Positions 1 to 9,609 of a stretch of 64,000 nucleotides of DNA are shown here, in pieces (positions within the stretch are counted from its first letter, which is position 1; each line of letters opens with the position of its first letter). This stretch comes from Thermodesulfobacteriota bacterium (GTDB lineage: Bacteria; Desulfobacterota_D; UBA1144; Nemesobacterales; Mycalebacteriaceae). Where the stretch lies: positions 34,459 through 98,458 of the forward strand of contig CBDAQI010000005.1 in NCBI GenBank assembly GCA_965198945.1. The letters are read 5' to 3'. The notes under the pieces are model-generated. The model saw only the letters and a list, made by a program, of their open reading frames with translations, ran no database searches and was not told where the DNA came from. A program made the translations under genes and the position numbers.

Positions 1-11
1 TTTTCGCGTAC

Positions 12-674
12 CTACTCGTTTTTCTCCTGCCAATACTTTCTTACCCCCTTAAAGTGTTTTATACGCTCATTGATCTTGAGAATTTCCTTTGGGTAGAAAT
101 CCAGAAGATTATCACACATCTCAATCATCCAGTTTTTACGCTTATTTTTTGGGGTAAGAGTAACAGTATTGGCATTGGCAATCTGGATTTGTCCCCAACC
201 CAACGCACCAAGTGTGAGACAATCCCAAGAAACAAATTCTATCGGGACAAAAGTGACCTTATCAATTAGGATTTTCAAATTCTCTATTCTGTAATTCACT
301 TTCAATATACAGAAGTAATTTTTATCATCCTCGTAAAAACGTGACAGTCTCTCAACCGATGTGAGGTTCGGCATATTAAACTTTGTATCAAGCCGATGAG
401 TTTTAACATCAATAACGTAATAGAAATCGTCCCTGTCGGCAAAAACAAGATCTGCCATAGCACGCCGCGCAAATTGTGAAGAATACTCTTTTGATAAATC
501 TCCCAAAATCCTACCAAAATTTTCGACAATGATATTTTCTATTGCGTCACCAACAGCGCGGGGACTGTTGATTGTTCTGGAGGAAAGGAAATCTGCTTGT
601 TCATTAAGAAATTCTCTGATTTCTTTTTCAAGCTCTTTGTGGGTATTTGTATAGAAAATTTTACTTTTCAACAT
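12..674 (-). CDS. Putative type II restriction endonuclease (PD-(D/E)xK-like)
   Basis: 220 aa with a nuclease-like AD-x11-IDVK motif. Its start overlaps the MTase stop (TAATG). AT-rich. Confidence 0.6.
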   Translation of the reverse strand: MLKSKIFYTNTHKELEKEIREFLNEQADFLSSRTINSPRAVGDAIENIIVENFGRILGDLSKEYSSQFARRAMADLVFADRDDFYYVIDVKTHRLDTKFNMPNLTSVERLSRFYEDDKNYFCILKVNYRIENLKILIDKVTFVPIEFVSWDCLTLGALGWGQIQIANANTVTLTPKNKRKNWMIEMCDNLLDFYPKEILKINERIKHFKGVRKYWQEKNE

Positions 675-1690
675 TATGGAAGTTTGTTACTAAATAACGG
701 CATTTGGCTTTCTGATTTATTGCCGTTCTTGCCGTTGCCATTCAGTTGCTCATTGAGCGTATTCCGCTCCCAGAAAACACCGTTGCAGTAACCTTGTATC
801 GTTTTGTCTGACTCCGCCATTTCAAGGCGTTTCTCAGCAAGGCAGCAGTAAAGTTCATCTATCTCTACTCCCACATAGTTTCTTCCCAGTTTCTTTGCCA
901 CAACCGATGTGGTGCCGGAACCGAGAAAAGGGTCAAAAACGACATCTCCGTGCTTTGAACTTGCAAGAAGGATTTTCGCAACGAGTTTTTCAGGTTTTTG
1001 TGTCAGGTGGTCGGTATTTTCTGGCATAGACCAAAATGGAACAGTAATGTCGGTCCAAATGTTTGAGGGATATGTCAGGCGGTATCTGCCGTTTCCTTCT
1101 TCATTCCAGTCTTTCGCTTTGCCGGAACCATCACGATATGGAGCGATGACCTTTCTTTTTACTTTTACGGCATTAACATCAAAGTGATAATCTTTTGACA
1201 TTGTGCAAAACCAAATATCCTCGGAGCTGTTTTTCCAATTCGTTTTTGCTCCCCGTCCTTTTTCCCGTTCAAAGGTTATGCGATTTTGAATCTCAAAATA
1301 TTTTCCGGCAACATTGAAAATCGCGCCCGATGACCTCCAGTCTCCGCAAATATAGATTGATGAGGTTGATTTCAAAAGGCGAACCATTCTGCCGACCCAT
1401 GAGTCAAGCCATTTCTCATATTTTTCCGACTCCATTTCTTTGAAAGTTGTGAGATTGAATGTTTTGTTTAGATTGTAAGGAGGGTCTACAAAAACGACAT
1501 CAATAAAACTATCGGGCAGATGATCCAGCACTTCAAAAATGTCTTGGTTTATTGTTTTGTTCAAAACATCATCAACAGAGACCGAACCGCCAATTTGAAC
1601 AAAACGCTTTTTATATCTAATTCGCTCTCTGTCATCCAAAGTAATAGTGCGATTGCGTGGAGCACGCTGTTTTACTAAGTTTGAAACCAT
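674..1690 (-). CDS. Site-specific DNA methyltransferase (N6-A/N4-C, beta class)
   Basis: Catalytic DPPY precedes H-x-TQKPE and the SAM-binding DPFLGSGTT motif. Confidence 0.93.
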   Translation of the reverse strand: MVSNLVKQRAPRNRTITLDDRERIRYKKRFVQIGGSVSVDDVLNKTINQDIFEVLDHLPDSFIDVVFVDPPYNLNKTFNLTTFKEMESEKYEKWLDSWVGRMVRLLKSTSSIYICGDWRSSGAIFNVAGKYFEIQNRITFEREKGRGAKTNWKNSSEDIWFCTMSKDYHFDVNAVKVKRKVIAPYRDGSGKAKDWNEEGNGRYRLTYPSNIWTDITVPFWSMPENTDHLTQKPEKLVAKILLASSKHGDVVFDPFLGSGTTSVVAKKLGRNYVGVEIDELYCCLAEKRLEMAESDKTIQGYCNGVFWERNTLNEQLNGNGKNGNKSESQMPLFSNKLP

Positions 1691-2028
1691 CTCTAAATCA
1701 AATCATCAACTTCCACACTACTAGTAATGGAATCTGATGTTTCCAACAGTATATCAGACAACAAAATTCCAAGGGGCTTTAATCTGACTTCAACTCAAAA
1801 GCCAACAATTTGAAACCCTTCATACTTGTAAACTCTTTTACCATAAACGGTAACACTTTTTATCAATACAAACCGCTCAAAACGCAACCGGGCACTGGAA
1901 TTACGGTTGACTCAATACACGGTTTCTCAGTTTAGTTCACAAGCGCGGGAACCCGATAAAAGTTGACCGGAGCACTTGTCTGCCAAACCACCGTCTATTT
2001 TTATGCAGAATATTAAGAACTTCCCTAC

Positions 2029-3072
2029 CTACCCCCCGAACCAGCCGTTCAAAACTGCCGAAAGCAGAACAATTTGCGGCACCGCCACAAGCGGAATAAA
2101 AAGAGACAGTTTCCACGAGCGGGTTGTGTCTTTCACGGCCATAATTTCGGTGTAATCGGTAGCCGCGCCCGACATGAGAAAAGCAAACGCATTGCCCGGC
2201 GCATGGGCGCGCGTCAGCAAATCAGCCGCGATGGGAGTTGAACCCTCGGAGCAAACCTCAATTACCACAGCGGCTATAAGGGTCAGCCCCAGTCCGGCAA
2301 GGGTCGGACCGAAAAGCTCTTCATAGCCTATGTGTGTGCCAAAAACTCTTATGACGGCAGCGAGAAGCACTCCGAGAAGAAGCCAGCGCAAAACGGGTTT
2401 TGAATCCCTGAAAGCGGATTTGACGAGGAACAAGGCTGTGTTCCTGTTCAGACGTATCTCTGAAAGTGATGAAAAAACCATTTTCAGTCCTCCGGACACG
2501 GGACTGACAGTGTTGGGATTGGGCGGCAGAACGGATTTTTTTTCAAGACTGACAAAAACAAGACCCGTCATAAACGCCACCGCCATTGAAAGAATAACAA
2601 AAGCAGCCGTCCACCATATACCCACAAGCGCGATGAGAACCAAGGTGAGTGAAAGTGAGTTCCAGGGACTCGCCAGAAGAAAAGCCGCAATCTGCCCCAT
2701 GCTCGCGCCGCGCTCATAAAGCTTCATGCCAAGCAGAACTATGCCGTGATTGCAAACATCAAAAAATACTCCGGCAAAAACTGCACGCAAAATACCGCGG
2801 GAACTTGAGCCGTTGCCAAGAATGGAAGAAACCGCCTCACGAGGCACAAGAGACAGTAAAGCTATTGAAACAACGCCAAGGGCAACTCCGGGCAGAATCG
2901 TGACCGTTATTTCACGCACTGCAAAGGTCAAATCACTGAACCACGGACTTTGTGAAGAGAAAAAATCCGCCGCATAAAGAAAAACCACCGCAGACAGACA
3001 CCCCCAGAAAAGGTAGTCAAAAGATTCGGAACTGTGACAACCGCCGGTATGAGAGTGATGAGATTCCCTCAT
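2029..3072 (-). CDS. Predicted permease (DUF318/ArsP-like), His-rich N-terminus
   Basis: Multi-TM protein with two homologous halves containing DVCNHG and EVCSEG motifs. Confidence 0.75.
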   Translation of the reverse strand: MRESHHSHTGGCHSSESFDYLFWGCLSAVVFLYAADFFSSQSPWFSDLTFAVREITVTILPGVALGVVSIALLSLVPREAVSSILGNGSSSRGILRAVFAGVFFDVCNHGIVLLGMKLYERGASMGQIAAFLLASPWNSLSLTLVLIALVGIWWTAAFVILSMAVAFMTGLVFVSLEKKSVLPPNPNTVSPVSGGLKMVFSSLSEIRLNRNTALFLVKSAFRDSKPVLRWLLLGVLLAAVIRVFGTHIGYEELFGPTLAGLGLTLIAAVVIEVCSEGSTPIAADLLTRAHAPGNAFAFLMSGAATDYTEIMAVKDTTRSWKLSLFIPLVAVPQIVLLSAVLNGWFGG

Positions 3073-3082
3073 AAGAGAACTG

Positions 3083-3165
3083 CGGAGGGCGAGGGATTCG
3101 AACCCCCAAGTCCGTTAGGACGCCGGTTTTCAAGACCGGTGCATTAGCCGTTCTGCCAGCCCTCC
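3083..3165 (-). tRNA. tRNA-Ser (anticodon TGA); CCA not encoded
   Basis: Reverse strand reads GGAGGGC...CCGGT-CTTGAAA-ACCGG, long variable arm, GGTTCGAATCC, GCCCTCC-G. Confidence 0.95.
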
Positions 3166-3176
3166 GGTTGGGGAAA

Positions 3177-4850
3177 TTATACAGGATTTGAAACCGCTGC
3201 GGCGGAGGGTTTGGCTTCCTCTTTCAGCATGGGAAGATATTTTCCGCCAAGCAGTATGCTTCCGCGCTCGGCGCCGCTCATAAGACGCCCCACCATATAG
3301 TCTCTGTCCGCGCCGACTATGTTAACTCCGTGGTCGCTTTCAACCAGACACAAAAGCTTCATGTCTCGTTCGGCGGAGGGATTGTCCGCCACTTTGTATA
3401 CGGCCGCGTAGTTCAAAAGCGCCGCCTCAACCGTTCCGCACGGAAGAGACGGATTTTCCGCGCCTTCGCAAAACTCTCCGTTCTCAAACCACTGCGGAGA
3501 CGGATAGCCGTGAAAATGCAAGACGGAAATACCGTCTTTTTCAACCATTTCGGGCATGTAAATGGCAAATGAAAACGCCTGCGCCAGAATTACAAAAGTG
3601 TCAAAAGAGGGTCTGATGTCGCGGCGCGAAAGATCCATTCCGGCCGGAATTTGAAGGTGCAGCTTTCCTTTGATAATCCCTATGCGCACAATATCGGTCA
3701 TCGGATCAAGATTTGTTTTGTCACAACCCGAACGGGAAGTTACCGTCCAAATGTCCGGAACCTGTCTGAAACTCTCAGCGCCCGCCACATTAATCTTCAC
3801 ATACCACCTGCCGGACTCCGATTCCCTCACATCCGTAAGGCCCGAAACCCGGGAAAATGCTTCCCACTCTTCGGCTGAAACCTCTTTGGGGCCCTCGTAT
3901 ACGGGCGGTTCAACAATCGCTATAAAACCGTAGGAAACACCCGTTCTGCCGTCAAGTATGTTGCTGAGCACATCACGATGAGAAACGCGACGTATGCGCT
4001 CGCTGAATTTGTATCCTTCGGGGAAAAGACCGGTCGGCCTGACCATTTTGCCGAGATTTGCAAGTGCCTCGGTGTTGGGGTTTTCCGCCGGATTATAATC
4101 CTCTATATTGAACCTGCTAAGTATCGGAGGTTTTATCGGAGCGTAAATCTTCGGCACAAGCGAATTCAGAACAAAACCGTCAAGCTGGCCGTGCGAGTAA
4201 ACCGAATCGGACAGGTTCATGTTGATTATGGCGAAATTCTCATCGGAAACGCCGATTACGATCTCAGACATTGTGCCGATGAGGTGGCTTAAACCGATTT
4301 CTATTTTCACATCGTAGGTTGTCTCTTCGTTTTCAAACTCCTTTTCAAGAGGCACAATCGTTATGACCTGCGTGCTGAATGGGTCTTGAATATACTTCTG
4401 AGTAAAGTCATCCGCCCAGCCGCTTATTTTCAATATCTCCATGACCGACCTTCCGGGCTTTCTCACAATCCCGTAAATCCATTCCGCAAGCGCACTGAGC
4501 GCCCTGCGCAGTATTGAAGGACTTCTTTTGACATCCACAACCGCGTTTATATCTCTTTTGACCCTTCTGATTTTGAAAATGCGGGAGATAATGCCAAACG
4601 CATTATCCTGAACGGTCGCTTCCTCCCACGGCACAATGGTAACGCCAATCCGCTGAAGACTGTCTTTGAGTTTGCCGGAGAAAGATTTAATTCTCTCCTC
4701 CCCGTACCGGCCCGGAACGGGACGGAAAGACACCCGCACATTTGAAGCCATTTCATTCGGGTCTATCGGGTTTGCGCAATTGCGCAACCGCGGCATTCCC
4801 GTGAGGGAAACTATCGTTTTAAGGTCAATATCTGCTAATTTCCGGCTCAT
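3177..4850 (-). CDS. Hypothetical protein with C-terminal class II aldolase/adducin-like domain
   Basis: Likely ATG at 4850 after a GGGGAAGGTG RBS. Motifs in aldolase order: SYGFIA, TSRSGCDKTNL..DIV, RPSFD, HFH, PCGTVE, DHG. Confidence 0.6.
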   Translation of the reverse strand: MSRKLADIDLKTIVSLTGMPRLRNCANPIDPNEMASNVRVSFRPVPGRYGEERIKSFSGKLKDSLQRIGVTIVPWEEATVQDNAFGIISRIFKIRRVKRDINAVVDVKRSPSILRRALSALAEWIYGIVRKPGRSVMEILKISGWADDFTQKYIQDPFSTQVITIVPLEKEFENEETTYDVKIEIGLSHLIGTMSEIVIGVSDENFAIINMNLSDSVYSHGQLDGFVLNSLVPKIYAPIKPPILSRFNIEDYNPAENPNTEALANLGKMVRPTGLFPEGYKFSERIRRVSHRDVLSNILDGRTGVSYGFIAIVEPPVYEGPKEVSAEEWEAFSRVSGLTDVRESESGRWYVKINVAGAESFRQVPDIWTVTSRSGCDKTNLDPMTDIVRIGIIKGKLHLQIPAGMDLSRRDIRPSFDTFVILAQAFSFAIYMPEMVEKDGISVLHFHGYPSPQWFENGEFCEGAENPSLPCGTVEAALLNYAAVYKVADNPSAERDMKLLCLVESDHGVNIVGADRDYMVGRLMSGAERGSILLGGKYLPMLKEEAKPSAAAVSNPV

Positions 4851-4869
4851 TTCACCTTCCCCTGATAAT

Positions 4870-5604
4870 TTATTGGGCGGAGACCTCATCCCGCAGGCGC
4901 TCATCCACTTTCTTCAGCATTGCATCTCTCACGAGACCCTCAATCTCTTCCCTTCCCTCTTTTCCGCCGGGAAACTGCGCCGGATAAACCGGAGGCAGAA
5001 ATTCAACGGACATTTTTTCACCCGTTTTCAATATACGGTCGGTTTTTCTCTTAACATTCTTTCCGCCCCATATAATCATCGGAACAACCGGAGAACCGGA
5101 CAGAGATGCGAGCAGAAAGCCGCCTTTTTTGAAATCAAGCAGCCGCCCGCTTTCACTGCGCGTTCCCTCAGGAGCGAGCACAATCGTATGTTTTTCTTTG
5201 CGAATTCCGCGTGCCATAAACTTTAACTGTCTGGAATCCCCGCTTCCGCCGTCCCTAGGGACGAAGTAATGTCCCGTCATTTTTGAAACCCATCCGACAA
5301 AAGGGATCCTCAGAACCTCGTCTTTCATAACCAGTTTGTATTCTCCCGGCAGAGAGGCCACAAGAGCGGGAATGTCCAGTGAACTCTGGTGATTGTACAT
5401 TATAACTGACGGTTCGGACGGAATATTTTCAACCCCCCTGATTTCAAAGGACACTCCGCAACAGAAAAGCACGGCTCTGCCCCACGGGCGCACCGCAAGC
5501 CTTATAACATAGCCCGGAGCAAAAAGGGAAAGAAAAACTCCTGTAATACCGAAAAATAAAGTGGCCGCCGAAGAAAAAAAAACGGCGGCTAAACCTTTTA
5601 GCAT
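4870..5604 (-). CDS. plsC: 1-acyl-sn-glycerol-3-phosphate acyltransferase
   Basis: NHQSSLD and PEGTRS motifs. Confidence 0.9.
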   Translation of the reverse strand: MLKGLAAVFFSSAATLFFGITGVFLSLFAPGYVIRLAVRPWGRAVLFCCGVSFEIRGVENIPSEPSVIMYNHQSSLDIPALVASLPGEYKLVMKDEVLRIPFVGWVSKMTGHYFVPRDGGSGDSRQLKFMARGIRKEKHTIVLAPEGTRSESGRLLDFKKGGFLLASLSGSPVVPMIIWGGKNVKRKTDRILKTGEKMSVEFLPPVYPAQFPGGKEGREEIEGLVRDAMLKKVDERLRDEVSAQ

Positions 5605-5638
5605 TATCGGTTCAGACTACACCCTGCGCCCCGGTGTT

Positions 5639-6535
5639 TCAAGAAATGGCGCCCTGCGGGCAAAGCAAGTTGAGAGCCCCTTTGTGAATGGAAATCTCGT
5701 GCCTGCCGGCCTGTAAAATAAACGGCTCGCCGTCAATATGCGCCGGAAGGTCTTTTTCCGTCTCAATTGTCGCGGCGTCTGACTGGATTCTCATGATCCA
5801 TTCGCCGTCCGCTTTTCCGGCAATGACTGATGCCAGACGTATAAGACGCACAGGGGCTGACATATCCTTTACAAAATGAAAATCAAGGAGGCCGTCACCC
5901 GGGCGCGCGGCGGGAGAAATTTTGAATCCGCCCTGACTGTGTCCGTTGGAAACTCCGGCAAGAATGCAGCGCCCGGAGGTTTTTGAGCCCTCCAGCGATA
6001 AAAGCGCCTCAAATCCGTCAAATGAGAAAGCCTCCGCGCAGGCGGCGGCAAGATAGCCCGCGAAACCTCCGAGAAACCTGTATTGCGGAAACCTTGATGC
6101 TATGGCTCCGTCCATTCCTATTCCCAAACCGTTGATAAATTTCCGGCCGTCAAGCAGACCCGTGTCAACCTTTATACATCCGCCTGAAACAACGGCTTCA
6201 AGAGCGTCTCCGAAAGAAAGTGGCAACCCGCACGCGGCGCGAAAATCGTTTCCGCTTCCCGCGGCTATTACGCCGAGACGGGCCTCCGTTCCCGCAATCA
6301 CACCCGCAATCTCACTTGAAGTCCCGTCTCCCCCGACGGAAATAATGTGGGAGAACCCTTTGGCAAGCCCCTCGGAAGCAATGTTTGCCGCATCTCCGGG
6401 GGCGCGTGTAAGACGAATTTCAAAGCCGACACCTTTTGAGCTGCAGAAAGAAGATATTCGTCCGGCAAAATCGCTTGAATCACGCTTTCCCGCAGCGGGA
6501 TTTATTATAAAAAGATGTGTATGCGCATTTGCCAT
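5639..6535 (-). CDS. Diacylglycerol kinase-family lipid kinase (YegS/DagK-like)
   Basis: NPAAG, GGDGT, GSGNDF and HIDGE motifs. Confidence 0.9.
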   Translation of the reverse strand: MANAHTHLFIINPAAGKRDSSDFAGRISSFCSSKGVGFEIRLTRAPGDAANIASEGLAKGFSHIISVGGDGTSSEIAGVIAGTEARLGVIAAGSGNDFRAACGLPLSFGDALEAVVSGGCIKVDTGLLDGRKFINGLGIGMDGAIASRFPQYRFLGGFAGYLAAACAEAFSFDGFEALLSLEGSKTSGRCILAGVSNGHSQGGFKISPAARPGDGLLDFHFVKDMSAPVRLIRLASVIAGKADGEWIMRIQSDAATIETEKDLPAHIDGEPFILQAGRHEISIHKGALNLLCPQGAIS

Positions 6536-6634
6536 TTCGGCAAACTATAACAGATGGACACTTGATAAAAACTCCGCATTTGTGTAGAAATTTGCCCTGC
6601 GCTTCCGTATCGGACAGTGGCAAAGGAGAAATTG

Positions 6635-7579
6635 ATGAGCGAAGAGACTCAGGAAATTGAAACCGGCGGCGAAGAACTGAATATGAAACAGCTCCTTGAA
6701 GCCGGAGCCCATTTCGGACATCAGAAAAGTTATTGGAACCCCAAGATGAAATCACATATCTTCGGAGTCCGCAACGGCGTCCATATAATTGACCTGCAAA
6801 AAACGGTGGGGCTTTTCAAAATCGCCTACCAGTTCATTTTTGACCTCACATCAAAAGGCGGAACGGTTCTTTTTGTGGGAACCAAACAGCAGGCTCGCGG
6901 AATAATCAGGGAAGAAAGTGAAAAATGTGCGATGCCATATGTCAATGTGCGGTGGCTCGGCGGAACCCTGACGAATTTCGGCACAATACGTTCGCGGCTT
7001 CAATATATGGATATGTTGAAAAAACTTGAAAAAGAAAACAAAATGCAGCTGCTCCCGAAAAAGGAAGTCGTCAGGCTGGGGAAGGAAAAGGCTAAACTCT
7101 CAAGCCTTCTGGGCGGTCTTGTGTCACTGAAAAGACTTCCCGACGCCGTTTTCATTGTTGACACCAAAAAGGAAATCAACGCCTTCAAAGAGGCGAGAAA
7201 ACTTGGAATACCAATAGTCGGTCTTGTTGACACAAACTGCGACCCGTCTGAAATTGACTATGTAATACCGACCAACGATGACGCAATGAGAGCTATTAAA
7301 CTGTTCACTTCAAAAATAGCCGAAGCGTGCGCCGAAGGAAGAAAGGTCTACGAAGAAACTGTGAAAGACATGCCCGAAGAGGAACGCAGAGAGCAGTGTA
7401 AAGAACAGCAAGACGGCCCGATTGTTGAGAAAAAAATGTATGTATTTAAGAAATTTGGTGAAGACGAAGAACAGGAAGATGAAAGAAAATTGAACACGGC
7501 CGCAAGCGAGACTCCCGGCGGAGAGGCAGGGTCCGGGGCGGCGGCGAAGCCTGAAGACGAAGGCGGGAAACAGGTCTGA
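6635..7579 (+). CDS. rpsB: 30S ribosomal protein S2 with acidic C-terminal tail
   Basis: LLEAGAHFGH, RWLGGTLTNF and DTNCDP motifs. AAGGAG RBS before ATG 6635. Confidence 0.97.
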   Translation: MSEETQEIETGGEELNMKQLLEAGAHFGHQKSYWNPKMKSHIFGVRNGVHIIDLQKTVGLFKIAYQFIFDLTSKGGTVLFVGTKQQARGIIREESEKCAMPYVNVRWLGGTLTNFGTIRSRLQYMDMLKKLEKENKMQLLPKKEVVRLGKEKAKLSSLLGGLVSLKRLPDAVFIVDTKKEINAFKEARKLGIPIVGLVDTNCDPSEIDYVIPTNDDAMRAIKLFTSKIAEACAEGRKVYEETVKDMPEEERREQCKEQQDGPIVEKKMYVFKKFGEDEEQEDERKLNTAASETPGGEAGSGAAAKPEDEGGKQV

Positions 7580-8184
7580 TGACCGAAGTTACTTCAACAA
7601 TGGTGAAAGAGGCGAGAGACCGCACGGGCGCCTCTTTTATTGACTGCAAAAAAGCCCTTGAAGAAGCGTCCTGCGACATGGACAAGGCGATTGAGATTCT
7701 CAAAATCAAAGGCGCGGTGCGGGCTTCAAAAAAATCGGGCAGGGAAACGCCCGAAGGGCTTGTAATCTCATACATCCATCCGGGCGGAAAAATCGGCGTT
7801 ATGCTTGAACTCAACTGTGAAACCGATTTTGTGGCGCGAAACGAGGAATTCTCAAGCCTTTCAAAAGAAATAACAATGCAAATCGCGGCGACGGGTCCTC
7901 TCTATACTTCAAGGAGCGAAATTCCCGAAGAGGTTCTTGAGAAGGAAAAGGAAATAATCAAAGCCCGTGCCATAGAGTCGGGGAAGCCTGAAAAAATAAT
8001 TGACAAAATTGTTGAAGGCGGAATTGAGAAGTTCTGCAAAGAGGTCTGCCTTCTTGAACAGGACTATATAAGAGACCCGAAAACAAAAATCGCCGACCTT
8101 GTTTCATCAGCGATTTCCAAAACGGGTGAAAACATAGTGGTCAGAAGATTCACCAGATTCCAGCTCGGGGAGTCTTTTGATTGA
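7579..8184 (+). CDS. tsf: Elongation factor Ts (short form)
   Basis: DCKKALEE and ELNCETDFVARN motifs. Confidence 0.97.
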   Translation: MTEVTSTMVKEARDRTGASFIDCKKALEEASCDMDKAIEILKIKGAVRASKKSGRETPEGLVISYIHPGGKIGVMLELNCETDFVARNEEFSSLSKEITMQIAATGPLYTSRSEIPEEVLEKEKEIIKARAIESGKPEKIIDKIVEGGIEKFCKEVCLLEQDYIRDPKTKIADLVSSAISKTGENIVVRRFTRFQLGESFD

Positions 8185-8196
8185 GCCCCGCCCCCC

Positions 8197-8934
8197 ATGC
8201 CGTCAAACCGGAAAAAACCTCTCTATAAAAGAATTCTTCTGAAAATCGGCGGTGAAGCCCTTCAGGGCAAATGCGAATCCGGCATAGACACTGAGACTTT
8301 GGACAAAGTTTCGGCCGAACTTAAAGAGCTGACCTCGCTCGGAATTGAAATCGCTCTTGTAATAGGCGGCGGCAATTTCTTCAGAGGCAGTTCCGACAGT
8401 GCGCGTGGTATGGACCGTTCCACCGCGGACTATATGGGAATGCTCTCAACGGTTATAAACGCGATAGCGCTTCAGGACTCTCTTGAAAAACAGGGAGTTG
8501 ACACAAGGGTGCAGAGCGGCCTTGAAATAAAGCAGGTTGCCGAACCTTTCATCAAACGCCGGGCTCTGCGGCATATTGAAAAAGGCAGAGTTGTGATTTT
8601 CGGGGCGGGCACGGGCAATCCGTTCTTCACAACGGACACCGCTGCGAGCTTGCGGGCTCTTCAAATAGGCGCGGACGTTGTGCTCAAAGGGACTAAGGTT
8701 GACGGCATATATGACAAAGACCCGAAAAAACACAAAGATGCAAAGATGTTCAGCGAGCTTTGCTATATGGATGTTATCCAGAAAGAGCTTGATGTGATGG
8801 ACACGACCGCAATTTCCCTGTGCATGCAGAGCGGTATTCCGATAGTGGTTTTTAATTTGTTCAAACCGGGAAATATAAATAAGGTTATAAGCGGTGAAAA
8901 AATAGGAACAAAAGTTTGGAACGGCCCAAAATGA
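8197..8934 (+). CDS. pyrH: UMP kinase
   Basis: [14 protein letters not shown] and GNPFFTTD motifs. Confidence 0.97.
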   Translation: MPSNRKKPLYKRILLKIGGEALQGKCESGIDTETLDKVSAELKELTSLGIEIALVIGGGNFFRGSSDSARGMDRSTADYMGMLSTVINAIALQDSLEKQGVDTRVQSGLEIKQVAEPFIKRRALRHIEKGRVVIFGAGTGNPFFTTDTAASLRALQIGADVVLKGTKVDGIYDKDPKKHKDAKMFSELCYMDVIQKELDVMDTTAISLCMQSGIPIVVFNLFKPGNINKVISGEKIGTKVWNGPK

Positions 8935-9497
8935 GCGAAACTTCGGCGGACATAAAAAAACAGACTTCGGACAGGATGAGCAAAACTCTCTCGGCTCTTG
9001 AGTCCGAATTGTCAAAACTGCGGACGGGCAAGGCCTCAACCGGTCTGGTTGAAGGGCTTGAGGTTGATTACCACGGCGCAAAGATGCCTTTTAATCAAAT
9101 TGCTTCAATCAACGCTCCCGACCCGCAAACGATTCTAATTCAGCCATGGGACGAAACGGTGATAGGTGAAATAGAAAAAGCAGTGAATCAGTCAGACCTC
9201 GGACTCACTCCGGTGAGAGACGGCAAAACGGTCCGGCTTTCCATTCCGCCTTTGAGCGGAGAGAGAAGAAAAGAGCTTATAAAAGTCGCCGCCAGAATGG
9301 CGGAAGACCACCGTGTTTCAATAAGGCAGACACGAAAAGACTTGAACACAAAAATAAAAGCCATGGAAAAAGCGGGCGAGTTATCCGAAGACGAAAGCAA
9401 AAAAACGCTCAGCGACATTCAGAAATCCACCGATGAGTTTATCACCCGTATAAACTCAATTCTTCAAAAGAAAGAAAAAGACATTATGGAAGTTTAG
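8931..9497 (+). CDS. frr: Ribosome recycling factor
   Basis: LRTGKAS, IQPWD and IPPLSGERR motifs. ATGA overlap with pyrH. Confidence 0.96.
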   Translation: MSETSADIKKQTSDRMSKTLSALESELSKLRTGKASTGLVEGLEVDYHGAKMPFNQIASINAPDPQTILIQPWDETVIGEIEKAVNQSDLGLTPVRDGKTVRLSIPPLSGERRKELIKVAARMAEDHRVSIRQTRKDLNTKIKAMEKAGELSEDESKKTLSDIQKSTDEFITRINSILQKKEKDIMEV

Positions 9498-9560
9498 GGG
9501 GCGGTCTCCATACACTTCCTCTTTCCACCTAAAGCATAGCATACGAAAACTTGGCCGACA

Positions 9561-9609
9561 AAACATCCTTGAAAATCTACTATCAAATGGTAGATTTTCA
9601 AGGATGTTT
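9561..9609. promoter_or_regulatory. Perfect 20-bp inverted repeat spanning a sigma70-like promoter and the start codon (probable operator)
   Basis: AAACATCCTTGAAAATCTAC-N9-GTAGATTTTCAAGGATGTTT. Contains TTGAAA-N16-TAGATT and ATG 9604. Confidence 0.75.

Noticed and set aside
1691..3165. tRNA-Ser as the integration site of the R-M islet
   Set aside because: No duplicated tRNA 3' end or integrase is visible in the window, and an ordinary permease gene lies between them.
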